Shown here: positions 50,227 through 63,163 of the stretch, piece after piece | Numbering within the stretch: the first letter of the stretch is position 1 | Layout: the number at the start of each line of letters is the position of its first letter | Origin: Paraspadella gotoi | Lineage: Eukaryota > Animalia > Chaetognatha | Reading direction: 5' to 3' | Assembly: GCA_051294375.1 (NCBI GenBank) | Contig: CM119269.1 | Coordinates: 8,567,619-8,631,618 of the forward strand | DNA length: 64,000 nt | The notes under the pieces: generated by a model | What the model saw: only the letters and a program-made list of their open reading frames with translations | What the model was told of the DNA's origin: nothing | Databases searched by the model: none | Position numbers and translations under genes: made by a program

Positions 50227-53200
50227 ATGGAGAGTCCGGTTCCTCCTAAAGGCGAACCGGCCGCCTCGCCGCCGCCACCGCTGACGGCACAGGAGACCCG
50301 AACGACCGACGCCCCTCTCGACTCGACTTCTCGCTGCGGAGTCGAATCTGCCACCCCCAGGGTCGCGCCTTCCCCCGATCGTCGGGCGCCGATAGATTCC
50401 GACGCCGGGAGTGACGCAGCCCTGACGAACGCTACCCCGGCAGCTTCGAACAAGACGGAGACGGAAGTGACTTCGAAAATCATCGTCCCTCTTGTTCCGC
50501 CGCCAGGAGCCAGCGTAGTCATCGTCCAAGAAAACGGGCAAACATTTAAGGTTCATTATTAGTAATTAAGCTTTAAAATTATTTTTATTCGTTAAAGCCC
50601 CGATTGTCATATATTTCCTGATCGACAGGTCGAACCGCCGAACTCAGTTCTTCCGCCTCCGATGCTGGACTCCGCCGTCGTGGACCGAATGAAGAAAGAG
50701 CCGTCGCCGCCGACGGTTGGCACCAGGCGTCTTATCTTCATCCCCGCCAGCTCATCTTCGTCCGCCTCGCCAACGCCCGCCACTCTTCCTTCTTCGGCCA
50801 GCAGCGGCAGCAGCGGCGACGTGACCGCCGTCAACGTCAAACACGGCACCTCCAATGGCAACGGCGGCGGCGACGGGGCTTGCGTCGGCAGGCCGAAGCC
50901 TTGCACCGGCGGTCCCCACGCCGCAGGCGCCGTTTTGCCCGTCCCTCCCAAACCCTGTCACGGCCTCCCCATTGGATCCAGTAAACAGAATTAATTCATT
51001 TATCCTACTTATGTAATATGTATCATTCGATAAAGAGTGTAATTGTTAATTTTCACTTGAATTAAAGGTTCGTCAAACGGTACGACGATGTTCGCCAGCG
51101 GCATGGAAGTTCTCGTTCGTCTCAAGGACAATCTCTTTTACTACGGGACGATCAAGAAAGTGGACGAGTATCACAAGAGATGTCGAGTCACTTTCGAAGA
51201 CGAAGTCGACGACATTTGGGCTTCGTTCAAGGTAAAGCTTGAAAGATTGATTAAAATTATTAATTTGTAAAATATTTTAAGATGCGAGCTTCATTCGAGA
51301 ACCTTTAATCTGGCTAAAGCCACTTGAACGTCTTGGCTTTAAATCCGGCATCTCTGGAGTTTATGCTTGAGCCCATTTCCTCATTTCGGATTAAATAGTA
51401 AACTAGATTTCCTCCTTAAATCTCAGGACATCAAGATCGGTCCGTCGTTGACTCCATCTCCCGGCGAGGGATCTCATCACTGCTCCATCTGCGGTCGCGA
51501 GGGGCGACTCGGTCTTGGCGACGATCTCATCGTCTGCTCCTCTTGCGACCTCGCCTTTCACCAATACTGCCACGAGCCCGCCGTTCTTTCTCAAGTAAAT
51601 TAAAGCTTGTCACTTTTTGAAGTTGGAGGCAAGGCCGCAAGGGGCTTCTTTATCAAATAATTGAATAATCTTTGCATTTGTTTTACCAATTTCTTAACAC
51701 AAATACATAATTAATGACTTTCATCCGATTTTTATCTAGACTCTTAAGATGACCCCGGCTTGGAAATGCCACAAGTGCTCCTCATCTTTATCGCAAAATC
51801 AAATAGCAAGACCTTATACTCAGGTAAGTGTTTTATAATAAAAGGAAAACAAATTTTCAATAAAGTTAAAAAACCCATTAAATTATTTTCCCCATTTTTC
51901 AGGCCCCGACTCCTTTAACTCCAGGAACCTTAAAACCTCCTCCCTTCAAATCTCCTTCTCTCAACGATCCTCTCCACCGCTCCAGTCCCGGATGTCAGCC
52001 CAATTTTCCTCCGGGTGAGTCTTCTCGCTTTGTTGTTATTGTTTTGTTAATAAGTATGTTAAAAATAATAATAAGTAATGAAAAAAGGAACGACCGTCCT
52101 TTCGTTTCCCTCCGACGACTACGGAGGTTCGAACGACGTGGTGGAGATCGAAGAAGTAGACGACCTGCCTTCGTTCCCCGTGCGGTCCTCGTCTCCGGGT
52201 AAGTTATCACAATATCACCCTCTCTATTTCGCGAATTGTAAGTTGTCATCCTCACCCTCGCAGGTCCGACCCAACCCGATCTACCTCTTAAAAAGCAGCC
52301 GGTCTATTCGTCTGGGAAGGAGAGGGAACCCAAGACGAGCTTCTCCTACAACATGTCCGCCTTGAAGTGGGACATGAGGCATCAGGAAAACGAGCAGAAG
52401 ATGTATTGCTACTGCGGAAAATTCGGAGATTGGTAAGGTCTTCAGGGGGACAACAGTTTGAAAACTAATATGATGATACGTCCCCTACTTAAAAATCAAA
52501 TTTTAAAGTGAATAATTATTGATTCATAAGTTTCATTGCGAAGGTACGACAAAATGCTTCAATGCTGGCGATGCGGTCAATGGTTTCACGAAGGATGCGT
52601 TCAAGTCTTGCAATACCCTTTGCTTTACGGCGACAGATTTTATCTTTTCGTGTGCTCCGTGTGCAATCACGGACTGGAGTACGTCAGGTAAAGCCTATGT
52701 TGGCAATTAAATTATTCATTCAATCAGTTTTCTTAAATACATGTATATAATTTGATTTAAAATAGGCGTCTGGATCTGAACTGGTGCACGATAGTTCACC
52801 TGGTCTTATTCAATCTGAGTCAATCTCGCATGAGGAAATACTACGATCTCGACTCTGAGATCATGCCCTTCCTCAACGAACACTGGGATTGTCTTCAACT
52901 GCACCACTTGTCCGATACGCAACCCAGAGAAAGGTAATCCAGTGGGACTGGCCTCGCTTTAGTTTATTGCCATTTTGTTTCTTATGCAGCCTTGGAAAAA
53001 ACAAGAAATTTACAGTATCCCTCTTTCCTTAGGTACGATCACGTCAAGTCCGAACTTTACTTACATAAAGATGTCTTCGCCTGCGGACGGGAAATCAAGA
53101 AGCGGACGACGTTGTGGGGTCTGCGCACGCGCATCCCGCCGCTCGTGACGCCGTATTGGATCCCGGCGCCGGAGACGAAAATCGATGACGAGAGCTTGGC

Positions 53201-56200
53201 GCGGTTGGCGTCGGAGAGCGGTGCTTTGGACAAATCGGATACAACGGAGGTTCGCTCACGGCAGATTGACGATTCATATTTAACATTTTCAATTACTGTA
53301 TTCCTAAAATTATTCGATTTTAAACAAACTACCGAGCATCTACGTGATGAAATATAAGAATTTGGGCAGTCTATACGTATACAGTATGTATGTATATTAA
53401 GCTACAACTGACTCTTTTTTCGTCCTTTAAGGCCGATGACCCAACCCTCCCACCCGCCGGCGCTGTCGTCAGCTTCCATGCCGAATCCTTTGATCCGGCG
53501 CTCATTTCCCACGTGATCGACGCCGACGACGACGACCGGGACGAGAGCGACGGCAACGCCTCTGGCGACGACGCCGGAGCCGAAATCAAGCGCGAACGAA
53601 AACGGAAGAGGCCAATGGGTTGTCAGGTGGGGGATGTGGTGTCTATTTGTGAAAAGGAGAGTCAGCTGGAAAATTAAAATTTAATGGTATCCATCCTAAC
53701 TAAGAAAGCTCTGTTTTTGTTTTAACGCAGGCTGTTGGCAAAGGGGTTTTGGCGCAGTTCTTTTGCCCGAAACGGCGTAGACGCATCATGAAGAAAGACA
53801 ACGTCGCCGGCGTGGTCGCCGGTGAGTCACTTGCGCTCCTTTCCTCCCTTTTTCCGAATTTCTTATTCGATTTTTGATCTCGTCTCATCGTCATTGCCTT
53901 TCATCTAACCTTTGTTACTATCTTATCTTTGTTACTATCTTAACTTTGTTACTATCTTATCTTATGATCTTTTTCATCCAATGTATAATCCGACCATTCT
54001 CATCTCATCCACATTTCCTTCTTTCCTCATCTCAGGCCCTTTCTCCGGTTCCAAAGTTGACCCGATGATGAAGCAGCAAAAGAAGATAAAGAAGGAAAAA
54101 AGTCGGCTGCTGATGAAAGGCTCTGCTGCGCGCGAAGCGGCTGATGCTCCGGGAATTGGACGCGTCTCTGAAGTTGGGATGATGCCGGTGATGGCGATGC
54201 CCACTGGCGTCTTGGCTCCGGGCGTCAACGCCAAGCCTAACTCGCGCCTCTCCAACGACTGCTCCGCTCAACCGTCGAATCCCATCGTGCAGCATTTGCA
54301 GCAACAAGCCGCGACGCAGCAGTCGATTTACATCCCGGCAATGACGGCGTTCAACCCGGCGTCGAGCCCCGCCTCACACGTTCTCGTTTCTCCCTTTAAC
54401 TCTCAAAACTCTCGTCCGTCGGCGCCGAATCCCCACAGCTTTTTGATCCCCGTCTCCGCGCTGCAGCAGATAGCCGCTCAGCAACAACAACAACAAAGCG
54501 CCTCGCTGGCGAAGTCTGGCGTTTCGCCGCCGACGGAGAAAACCGCCTCCTCGGACGAGAAAGTTGGCGTCGGAGCCACCGCTTCAGGCGCCGCCCCCGT
54601 CGCCAAACCATTTTTTATCATGAGCCCCTCTGGCCAGATTTTCGCCGTGACGGGTCAGGTCCAGGGTCAACCGCCTTCCGTGACCCCGGCGCCCACTTAC
54701 CAGTACGCTCCGTCCCCCGTCTACTCGCAACCCCCGCCTCTCTCTCCTCAGTACCCCAACCCCCCTGAAACCGCCCTCTCCTCGGACTCTCCTCGTCCGC
54801 CTTCCCTCGTCGCCGATCCGCCCAAACAGGAGGCGGCGCCGCTGCCGACCAAACCCGCTTTTCCGGCGCCGTCTCTGCCGCCTCAGGAATCCTCGCGCGG
54901 CGTTCAGTCGTCGTCGTCGTCGACGGCGCCACAGACGCCGTGCGACACGCCCACCACTTCGTCGTCATCATCTGAGCGGGGTGAGATAGTTTTGGGTTTA
55001 TGTTTCCTATTTTGTTTTTTTGTTTTTGTTTTTTTTATTGATTTTTTTTTAAAAGTGAGATTTTTTTTTCCTCGAATTTGAACAAATATGTAAAATTAAA
55101 TACAAGACTAGAAAATTTTATTCCAATTCGTTTAGTATTTGCTTTTTATTAATTTTTCCCCTCATATTACGATGTTCACTTGTTTTTTGTTTCGCAGAGA
55201 GTCCCTTCACGGAGATAGCGCCGATCCCGGTTCCAATCAAGATGAAGAAATCAAAGCATAAGAAACAAAAGTCAAAGAAAAAGAAAGAAAAGTACAGACT
55301 GCATTCTGGTCATTTAGAGGTCGTGTGGAAAAAACAGGTTAAAATTATATTTTAACATTTTTAAACGTTTTGATAATCGGTATCTATTTTAATATATTAA
55401 CTATTCTTAAATGACTCAAGCGGCAGTCCCACGACCGTCCTTGCCGCGACGACGGATGCACAGGGTTTTCCTCCAAGTCACGTAAGCGGCGCCACGCCGA
55501 GTGCCGTCACGAGCGGCGCTGCGGTGACGGCGTTCGACTCCTCGGAAACGACGCTGCTCGATTAGTCGGCGCCGTTGATTCCAAAGCGGCTTCGTCCGAG
55601 CGAAAAGACGAAGCGGGGACGGTTGAGAGCACCCGGAATTCGCCGAACAAAAGGGGAATCTCTCCGGGTGAGCGGATTTATTGGGGGTCGAAAACTAGAA
55701 CTGTAGTTAAACTAAAAAGGCCAATGGCAGTACATCTTGTTTTAATTAAAACATTATTTAAACTTTTCTTATCCCTTAGAATCTCGCTTGGACGACGACG
55801 TCCTCCTCGACGACGGCGCCAGCGACGTCCTTCACATCGACGAGGATTCACTCGAGGCGCCGGTCCTGACCCCCGACGCCCCTAGCCCGGCGTTCAGGGC
55901 GCCGATCCCGACCGACGTCCCTTCCTCTTTTCGTTCCTCGACTTCCGGCGCGGGCAAAACGGATCCTGCAGCCGCCTCAACTTCGCGGGTTCTTCGCTCC
56001 AAGACGGACGTCGAGGACGGCACCGCGGCGCGCCCCTCGCTCGCGGCGTGGTTCATGATCGGCGGCGGCGAAGACGACGATTCGGCCGAGGATTCGGCGC
56101 CGACTTCGTCTTCTTCGTCGCGACGTCGGACGACGCCGACGAGTCGCCTCCTCGCCGGATTCTCTTCCTCTTCCTCTTCTTCCAACGACGCTCCTCCTCT

Positions 56201-56498
56201 TCGTCCGTCGTTCGCGGAACCTGTTCGGTGTCGGCCTTTGACCCGACCTAAACCGGCGCCGTCGAAACAGCGCCGAATCTCTTTCGACGCCGCTCGCCCC
56301 GTATTTCCCGGCGCCGCCAAGATGGAACCTGCCGCTCTGAAAAAATCCGTGGCTACTTTCCTCGGGGCGGAGGCGCGGCCGGACGACGAAAGAAGGAAGT
56401 ATCGAGTCTACGGACGGAGGACCACGCCGGAGGGAAAGGTCCACTACTTGATCCAGTGGGTCGATGGAAAAACGGAGAAAAAAACTGGGAAACGATAA
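50227..56498 (+). CDS. Pcl: Polycomb-like protein (PHF1/MTF2/PHF19 family): Tudor, PHD1, PHD2, extended-homology winged helix, C-terminal chromo-like domain. Exons 50227-50550, 50629-50980, 51068-51231, 51427-51594, 51740-51823, 51903-52014, 52088-52198, 52264-52432, 52544-52687, 52766-52933, 53033-53249, 53432-53626, 53731-53821, 54036-54980, 55198-55337, 55421-55667, 55780-56498
   Basis: Tudor [38 protein letters not shown]1 CSIC...[15 protein letters not shown]...WKCHKC. PHD2 [28 protein letters not shown]...[35 protein letters not shown]-terminus [20 protein letters not shown]. Confidence 0.95.
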
Positions 56499-57457
56499 CC
56501 TTTTTTTTTTTTCGACGTTAAGAGAAAAAAAAAACTTCATTACTTGTCTAGGAAACTATTTCCCCTCTCGCCATCTCGGTGGTTTTTTTTTCGTTTTTTT
56601 TTTCCTTTTTCAATTTTATTATTTTTCTTTTAATTTTCTTTGTTACTCAACGGACCTCTTTGACTTGACATTTATTTATTAGAATAATCCGAGCTCTAAC
56701 TTTCCGCGTTCCTCGAATCGTTCCGTGACATGGTTTGTCGACTTCAAACATAACTGTACCCCCCCTTCACAAGACCCGAGCATTTCGCTTTTTTTAATCA
56801 AATCTACTTCTAAAAAGCGTAGGATTTAGTTCTGTTCTTTAAATTAACGTGTAAAATACTGCATATTCCTCAAATCAGTATATCCCCGCGCATGCGCTTT
56901 TTCTTTTTTCCACCTCGACCGTCGTCTGTTAGAATAATTTAGTTTTTTGTTTATTTTTATATAGGAAAATTTTTTTCGTTTCGCGCCATCGACTTTTTCT
57001 CTCGACTCTGCTATTCACTGCCAAATTTCCCAAAGTGTGTCGACTCTTTTTGTTTCCTTTTTTTTTGGTTTGTTTGTTTTTTTTTGTTTTTTTTTAAATT
57101 CGCCAAATTCCGTAAGAATTGCTCTGGACTAAAATGGTTGGGACAAGCGGGGATTTTTTGTTAATTTGTCGTTGATTTTGTCGACGACAGCCCTTTTTTT
57201 TAGAAAACAAGATCAGTTCATCCAATGTGTTGCGTCTCAGTGACTTTAGTTTCACACGTATTTCTCGTGACCTGACATGACTACATTAACTTTATAAGCC
57301 TGTGTATTTATAACGCACTGCATCGTATTTCGTCTTTTATTCTTTATAATTTAGGATTTCCTGAAGGCGACGCTAGAAGTCACTACAATTTGAGGATTTT
57401 TCCTTTCTTAACAAATGAGCAACTAACTTTAAGAGAGTTTTGAGCATTTTTAACTAA

Positions 57458-57560
57458 GTGGGACAAACCGACCGATAGGCATACCGACAGACCGACCGAA
57501 AAGTGACTTATACTATAAGTTATAGAGTTGCACTGCAAGTACTCGCGGCGCAACTAAAAA
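57458..57560. mobile_element. Possible remnant of a non-autonomous Helentron/DINE-like or MITE element
   Basis: (GACC/GACA)n tetranucleotide tract followed by an inverted repeat AGTTGC...GCAACT and taaaaa. Architecture only; family not verified. Confidence 0.3.
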
Positions 57561-58637
57561 ATATTATTACTACTTTACTCCGAACTATTGATGTAACATC
57601 GTTTCGTATCTTCTGAACATCTCTTTTTTTTTTCTTAGGTATGATTAAGATATTTTTTTCATGCTTTAAATTTCAATCAAATGTCTAATGTTATTCTATT
57701 TTGGGCCTTACCCCGCTTTTATTTTCAGTCCAGACATTCATTCATCACTCCGGAATTTTCGAGAATTAAGATTCTTTTTTTCAAGAATTTTACTCTTTTT
57801 TTTTTCATATTCGAAAGATAAGAGCTAATAATTATTTAATCGTCTTTTAAGTCTTATCCTTTTTAGTTTAATCGTTAAAAATATTATTCCCCGGTCCCTC
57901 GCCCGAAGATGAAACGAAGGGGGGGACATTTGGGCGAACGAGCAATCGTTTCCCCTTCACCCCTTCGCTCCACGCCCGGATCACCGCCTCCGCTGACGCC
58001 TCCACCCCCTTCGCCACTCCCGTCGCCTCCGCGGCGAAATCATGAATTTTACGACCCAGTTTTTTTTTAAATGTTTCGACTCAAACCCCCAACCCCCTTT
58101 TTTAAATGATCCCTGCCAATACTCCCTGCCAAATCTCTTCAATCCTGACAATATTCGCATTACACCCAGCTTCCCCTCTTCGCCTCGCCCGGGCCGGAAT
58201 CTCCGCATCCCCCACCAACCCATCTCACTGCCCCCACCATCCCTTCCCCCATTTCCCGCCGCACCGACCCGTATTTTTCAAGACGAATCTCTTTCCCTTC
58301 CACGTCCGCTTTTTTCATGGCAGCGAAAAAATTCCTCCATAAAAAAAAGCGGCAAAAATAAAAAAAAATTTAAAAGACCCTCTCGCGTTTTTGAGCCAAG
58401 TTTATTTATTTTTTAAGCTTTAAAAAAAAGGGAAGCAATATCCGTTATCGCGTCGAGTCGGAAAAAAAAAACTCTGGATCTCGCGTTTCGTTTTTCGTTT
58501 CGAGAAAATTCATTCGTCATCGCCGAATTTCGTAACTGATATCACAAACTCGAGCGTCTCACCGATCTTCTACCTCCTAATTTCTATTCTGCGAATCCAA
58601 AGGGCCCTTCTCGTCAGTCCGCGACCCGTCATCTCTC

Positions 58638-58700
<63 letters not shown>

Positions 58701-59757
58701 ATTTCTCTCTGGTGATAACAAACCACCCCCTTCCCAACACTTTTCCTCACAATCCAAAAAGGACTGTTTTTGAAATAAAAAAAATCTTTCGTTTATTTAA
58801 AGTCGTTTCCCTCACTCTTTCGCCGCAGTAACGAATTCGTTTTTTTTTTTCTATTTTATGCAAAACTATTTTGGTTCTTTCTTTTTTTTAAATCGTCGTC
58901 GTCTTTGGCCGAGACCCAGCCTTGGCTCGAGGGGGAATCCGAAAATAAGAAAAATTTAACTGACGAATTACATTTCATCCCTCTCTCTCTCTCTTTCTCT
59001 TCCTTCGACTCCCACGTGATCGCGTTTTTGTTTTGGCTAAACGGCCGCTTCGATTTCCCATCTCTTTTTCTTTGTTTCCCTGAGGTTCGTTTATAAACGC
59101 CAATCATTGCATTAATAATTTTTTTAAAAAAACTTTTTTTCTCTCCCCCTTCTACGTACGTAACATCGTTTTCCACCCTCCAGACAATTCGCTCATAGTT
59201 TTACCTCCGAACTCATAAATTCCCGCCTCCAAACTTTTAAGTCCCTCCTCTTTCCCTTTTCCCCTCTTCCCCGACCCAACAAAAAAAAAACACTGGATCC
59301 CCTCGAGTTCGTTTAAACAAAACAGTTTTTGTTGTTTTGTTTTGATTTTCTGCTTCGACGAAATTCTAGTATCTCGTCTCGTCCTTCGGCGCCAGAGGAT
59401 TTTCTATCTCTTCTTCCCCGCGGAAATCAAATACGTAGTCGGAGAAAAATAACTTTTTTTTTTAAGTAGAAAAGTTTTTGTTAAAAAATAAAGTGAAAAT
59501 GCAAACGAAACGATTTTTAATAAAGAAAAGATTATTAAATTATTAAGCCTTCGCCGACGAACAAAAGGGAAACGCGGCAACGACGAATCGATATGGCATC
59601 GTTCCTTCGCCGTCTCGACCGGAGGATTCGCTCGGCCAAAGTTTGATTCGGGGCGCGGTGACCTTGACGCTGAAGAATGACGCAGTCTCAGAAGGAGTCG
59701 CTCCTTTCTCGCTTTTCGAGTGAGAAACGGCGGCGTCGTCGACGCCATCTTACCGAG

Positions 59758-59925
59758 ATGGCCCCGGACGGACATCGTCTGGCTGGATTTCGTTTAGAAT
59801 GTTTTGTTTTTCTCGTCTTCGTCACGGCTCTGCAACATTGCCCGATCTTTCCGGGCGCCGTTGCCGCTGTCTCTCCTCAAATGCCAGGTAGTACATTGGT
59901 TTTATTGACTCATTCTTTTTTTTCC

Positions 59926-59958
<33 letters not shown>

Positions 59959-62900
59959 TTGTTCTTTTTTTCTTTCTTTCTTTCTTTCTCTGGATTTTTT
60001 CTCATTTTTCTTTTTCTTTGGATTTTTTCTCATTTTTCTTTTTCTTTGGATTTTTTCTCATTTTTCTTTTTCTTTGGATTTTTTCTCATTTTTCTTTTTC
60101 TTTGCTTTTTTCTTTTTTTGGGGGGCTTTTTTCTCATTTTTTTACTTTTTCTTTTGCTTTTTTCTCATTTTTCTTTTATTTGGCTTTTTTTTTCATTTTT
60201 CTTTTATTTGGCTTTTTTTCATTTTTCTTTTATTTGGCTTTTTTCTCATTTTTCTTTGGCTTTCCTTTCACTCTTTCTCTGAGGAATTCTTTTCTCCGCG
60301 TGGGAAATGTTCCGCCGAAAATTTTATCTCTTTATTTTTTTGTCCAATTCTTTTTGGTTTTGGGGGAAGGGAGGGATTGAGGGAGGGGGAGTGGGGTTGG
60401 TGGTTGGACCAAGCCAAATCTTACAATTCTTGCCAAGTCATCATCATTTGTTTTTACTTTAAATCACGGAACAAGATAGGAGTTTTCGTTTTTACTTAAC
60501 TCGTGAAATTTTGAAATGAATTCTTGGCATCTCCCTGGGTAACAAGTGAAGACTTAAAATAACTACATTTAAGATATTGAAGATAACAAAAATTTTAGAG
60601 AAGGACCACGATGATTATTTTTAAACAGAGTCTGCGAGTGCATGTATGTATTTTGTCAACTAATTTGTTAAATTCTTTTATTTCGTGTTCAAAGAATCGA
60701 CGGTTCCAACGATCCCGTTTCCTGATGGTTGGAAATCGAAAGGACCAAACAAAAGCGAAGAGAAAACGAAAGGTAAGTTTAGTTTCGACTCCACAGTCCA
60801 CACCCATCTTCCCGCCTCGAACGATCGTTTCTTTTTCCTCAGGCCTTCCGTTTCTGCTCAATCGCTTCGCCTCGAATTCCGCCGAGATGGTCGCCCCATG
60901 TTCCATCGATTCCCAATTCACGTTTAGGATTTTGAACGAAACAAAAGGTTTTTTTTTCTTCTTCTTTTCTTCTTCGAAACAAAACAACTGATCGAAGAAA
61001 ATTGACCCAGGCGCCGCGACGAAGGACCGCGTTTGCTTCGAGTTGGTGAACCTGTTGGCGGACTGGGCGCAGGCAAACGCCACTTGTGTCGTCAGAGGCG
61101 GCCACTTGGCCAGACCCTCCAATCCTTCGGAAACCCGGGCCATCGAAGACATGTTGCGGGAACATCCAGTTTCTAGGTAAAATGCACACTTTCTAATTCG
61201 TGATACATTTACACATTTACACATTTAAACATTTTATTAAAAGTCGTAAGGTGGCCTTTGCCTTTTTATCGATCTTTTTAGTCTATTTACTTGATTTGTT
61301 TTCCTTTTGTCTGAATGTTTTCTTATCGGTATTTCGCCCTTATTTCTCCCTCTTCTTTCTCTCGCTCTCTCCTTACTCATATTCGTTATCCATGTTCGCT
61401 CCTACACAGAGATTACTGGATCGACGCCAACGACATGAACAACGAAGGGGAGTGGCGCTGGAGCGACGGCGCCGGCCCAATATTTTACTCCAACTGGCGG
61501 CCTGGAAAGCCGATCAACAGGTTTAAGGGGGAGGGACGCGGCTAATTCGATCCGACTGTCCGTTTTTTTATAAACTGGTCAATTTTCCCCTCCCCCCTCA
61601 TTCCGAACAGCACGCGCTACTTCTCCCGCGACTGCGCAGAACTTCATCGCAACTTCGATTGGCAGTGGAATGACAAAGACTGCGTCGACCAAAACTTTTT
61701 CGTCTGTCAATTTCTCGTCGGCGCCGATGAAGGCGTTCCGGTGCCGACGAGCTCCTTCCGTTCTCCAACCATCCCGACACTTCTGCCGACGACTACGTCG
61801 CCCCTCAAGCCGTCCTCGCCTCGTGCCTCGCGACGACCCTCTGCCTCCGACCCGAAGACTTTCACTACCAAAGACCCAAGCGCTTATAAGACGAAGACGA
61901 CGACGTCAAAATCGTTGCCGGACTTCCTCGTCAACGGTTCTTCGCTTTTCGCCGCTTCCTTTTCTCCCGCGCTTCCAGGTGAAATATATTTATTTATTTA
62001 ATATTTATATTACATTATTATTATGTTTGTGACCATTAATCTCCCATCCCCGTATTCTTCAGATCCTCCGATCGCCGCGACGACGATTCCTCTGTTGGAA
62101 CCGCTCACCAGTGCACAGATCGGACTCCTCGCCCTCTGCTCTTTTACCCTCACGTTGTTGGCCGCTTTCGCCATTTTGTACGCCGTCCCGACGCTGAGAG
62201 CCAAGCTCAAAAGACAGGTAGCGATGCCAGATTAACTGTTAATGCGCATTTTTCAAATATGACGGTTTAACTGCCAAAAATTTTCTTTGTTTTAAATACT
62301 GTTAAGCAAGCTTACTAAAATTTCCAGAAGACAACAGTAATAGTTAATTATAATTTAGTTATTTATACTAGTTATTTATAATAGTTATTTTAAATCTAAA
62401 AAATAAAAAATAAAGATAGTGAAACAAGTAATTTTTCAACTTTCATACATAATATTGATTTTAATCCATTGATTATAATTCTTGGTTTTTGTCAAAGGGT
62501 TCCAGTTCTCCGCCGTCGTCTCCGTCGTCGAGTCAGATCGACTCTTCTTCAAATTCGTCCAATTCTTCGTCCAATTCCTCCTCCTCCTCCTCCTCACCTT
62601 GGTCGGCCGTGTTAAAATGCTTCTCCTCGCAACAGCTCGTCGGCGTTGGCGGCGCCACCTCCGCGGCGTCGACGACGACTTTTACCAACGGCCTCGCCCC
62701 CGTCGTCGTCGCGGACGATCGAACGTTCGATCCCGCCTCATCGCGTCCGCCGGAAGTGGTAGTGACCGACGCCGCCCCGGCGCGCCGCCCTTCCCCTCTC
62801 CCCCACGCGTTTCGCCTACCTAGCGTCTCCGCCTCGCCTCGACTTCCGTCCTTCAACATAAAGAGGCTGACGGCAGCCTCGAGCCAGAAGGGGCGTCGGG

Positions 62901-63163
62901 GACTCGGCGTCTCCAATCCAGTCTTCATGGCCGACTCGCTTGCCGACGACGAGGTGCCGACGCTGGCCGACGCCAGGCTGGAAATTGCCGTGGAACCCGC
63001 CGACGAAAAAAACACGTCTCAACCTGAAACGCCGGCGTCCGGAAATCCTGAGCCGGATTCCGGCCGATTGCCGAGAATTTCCGCCTTCGCGAGAAACATT
63101 TTCATGAGGGAGGACCCGTCCGGGGAAAGGGAACCGAGCAGATTCAAATATGAAAAATTTTGA
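59758..63163 (+). CDS. Type I membrane C-type lectin domain protein (signal peptide, CTLD, Ser/Thr/Pro stalk, TM, long cytoplasmic tail). Exons 59758-59887, 60695-60772, 61011-61176, 61410-61520, 61611-61978, 62063-62217, 62498-63163
   Basis: CFELVNLLADWAQANATCVVRGGHLA...YWIDANDMNNEGEWRWSDG..FYSNWRPGKPIN...DCAELHRNFDWQWNDKDCVDQNFFVCQF. TM IGLLALCSFTLTLLAAFAILYAV. Splice phases are consistent. Confidence 0.9.
59985..60262 (+). repeat. Intronic pyrimidine-rich ~29-bp minisatellite (TTTTTCTCATTTTTCTTTTTCTTTGGA-like)
   Basis: Repeated units visible in intron 1 of the lectin gene. Confidence 0.75.

Noticed and set aside
59888-60499. Phe-rich multi-TM-looking ORFs (also 38402-38973 and 39415-39713)
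   Set aside because: Intronic polypyrimidine/polypurine repeats between exons identified above.
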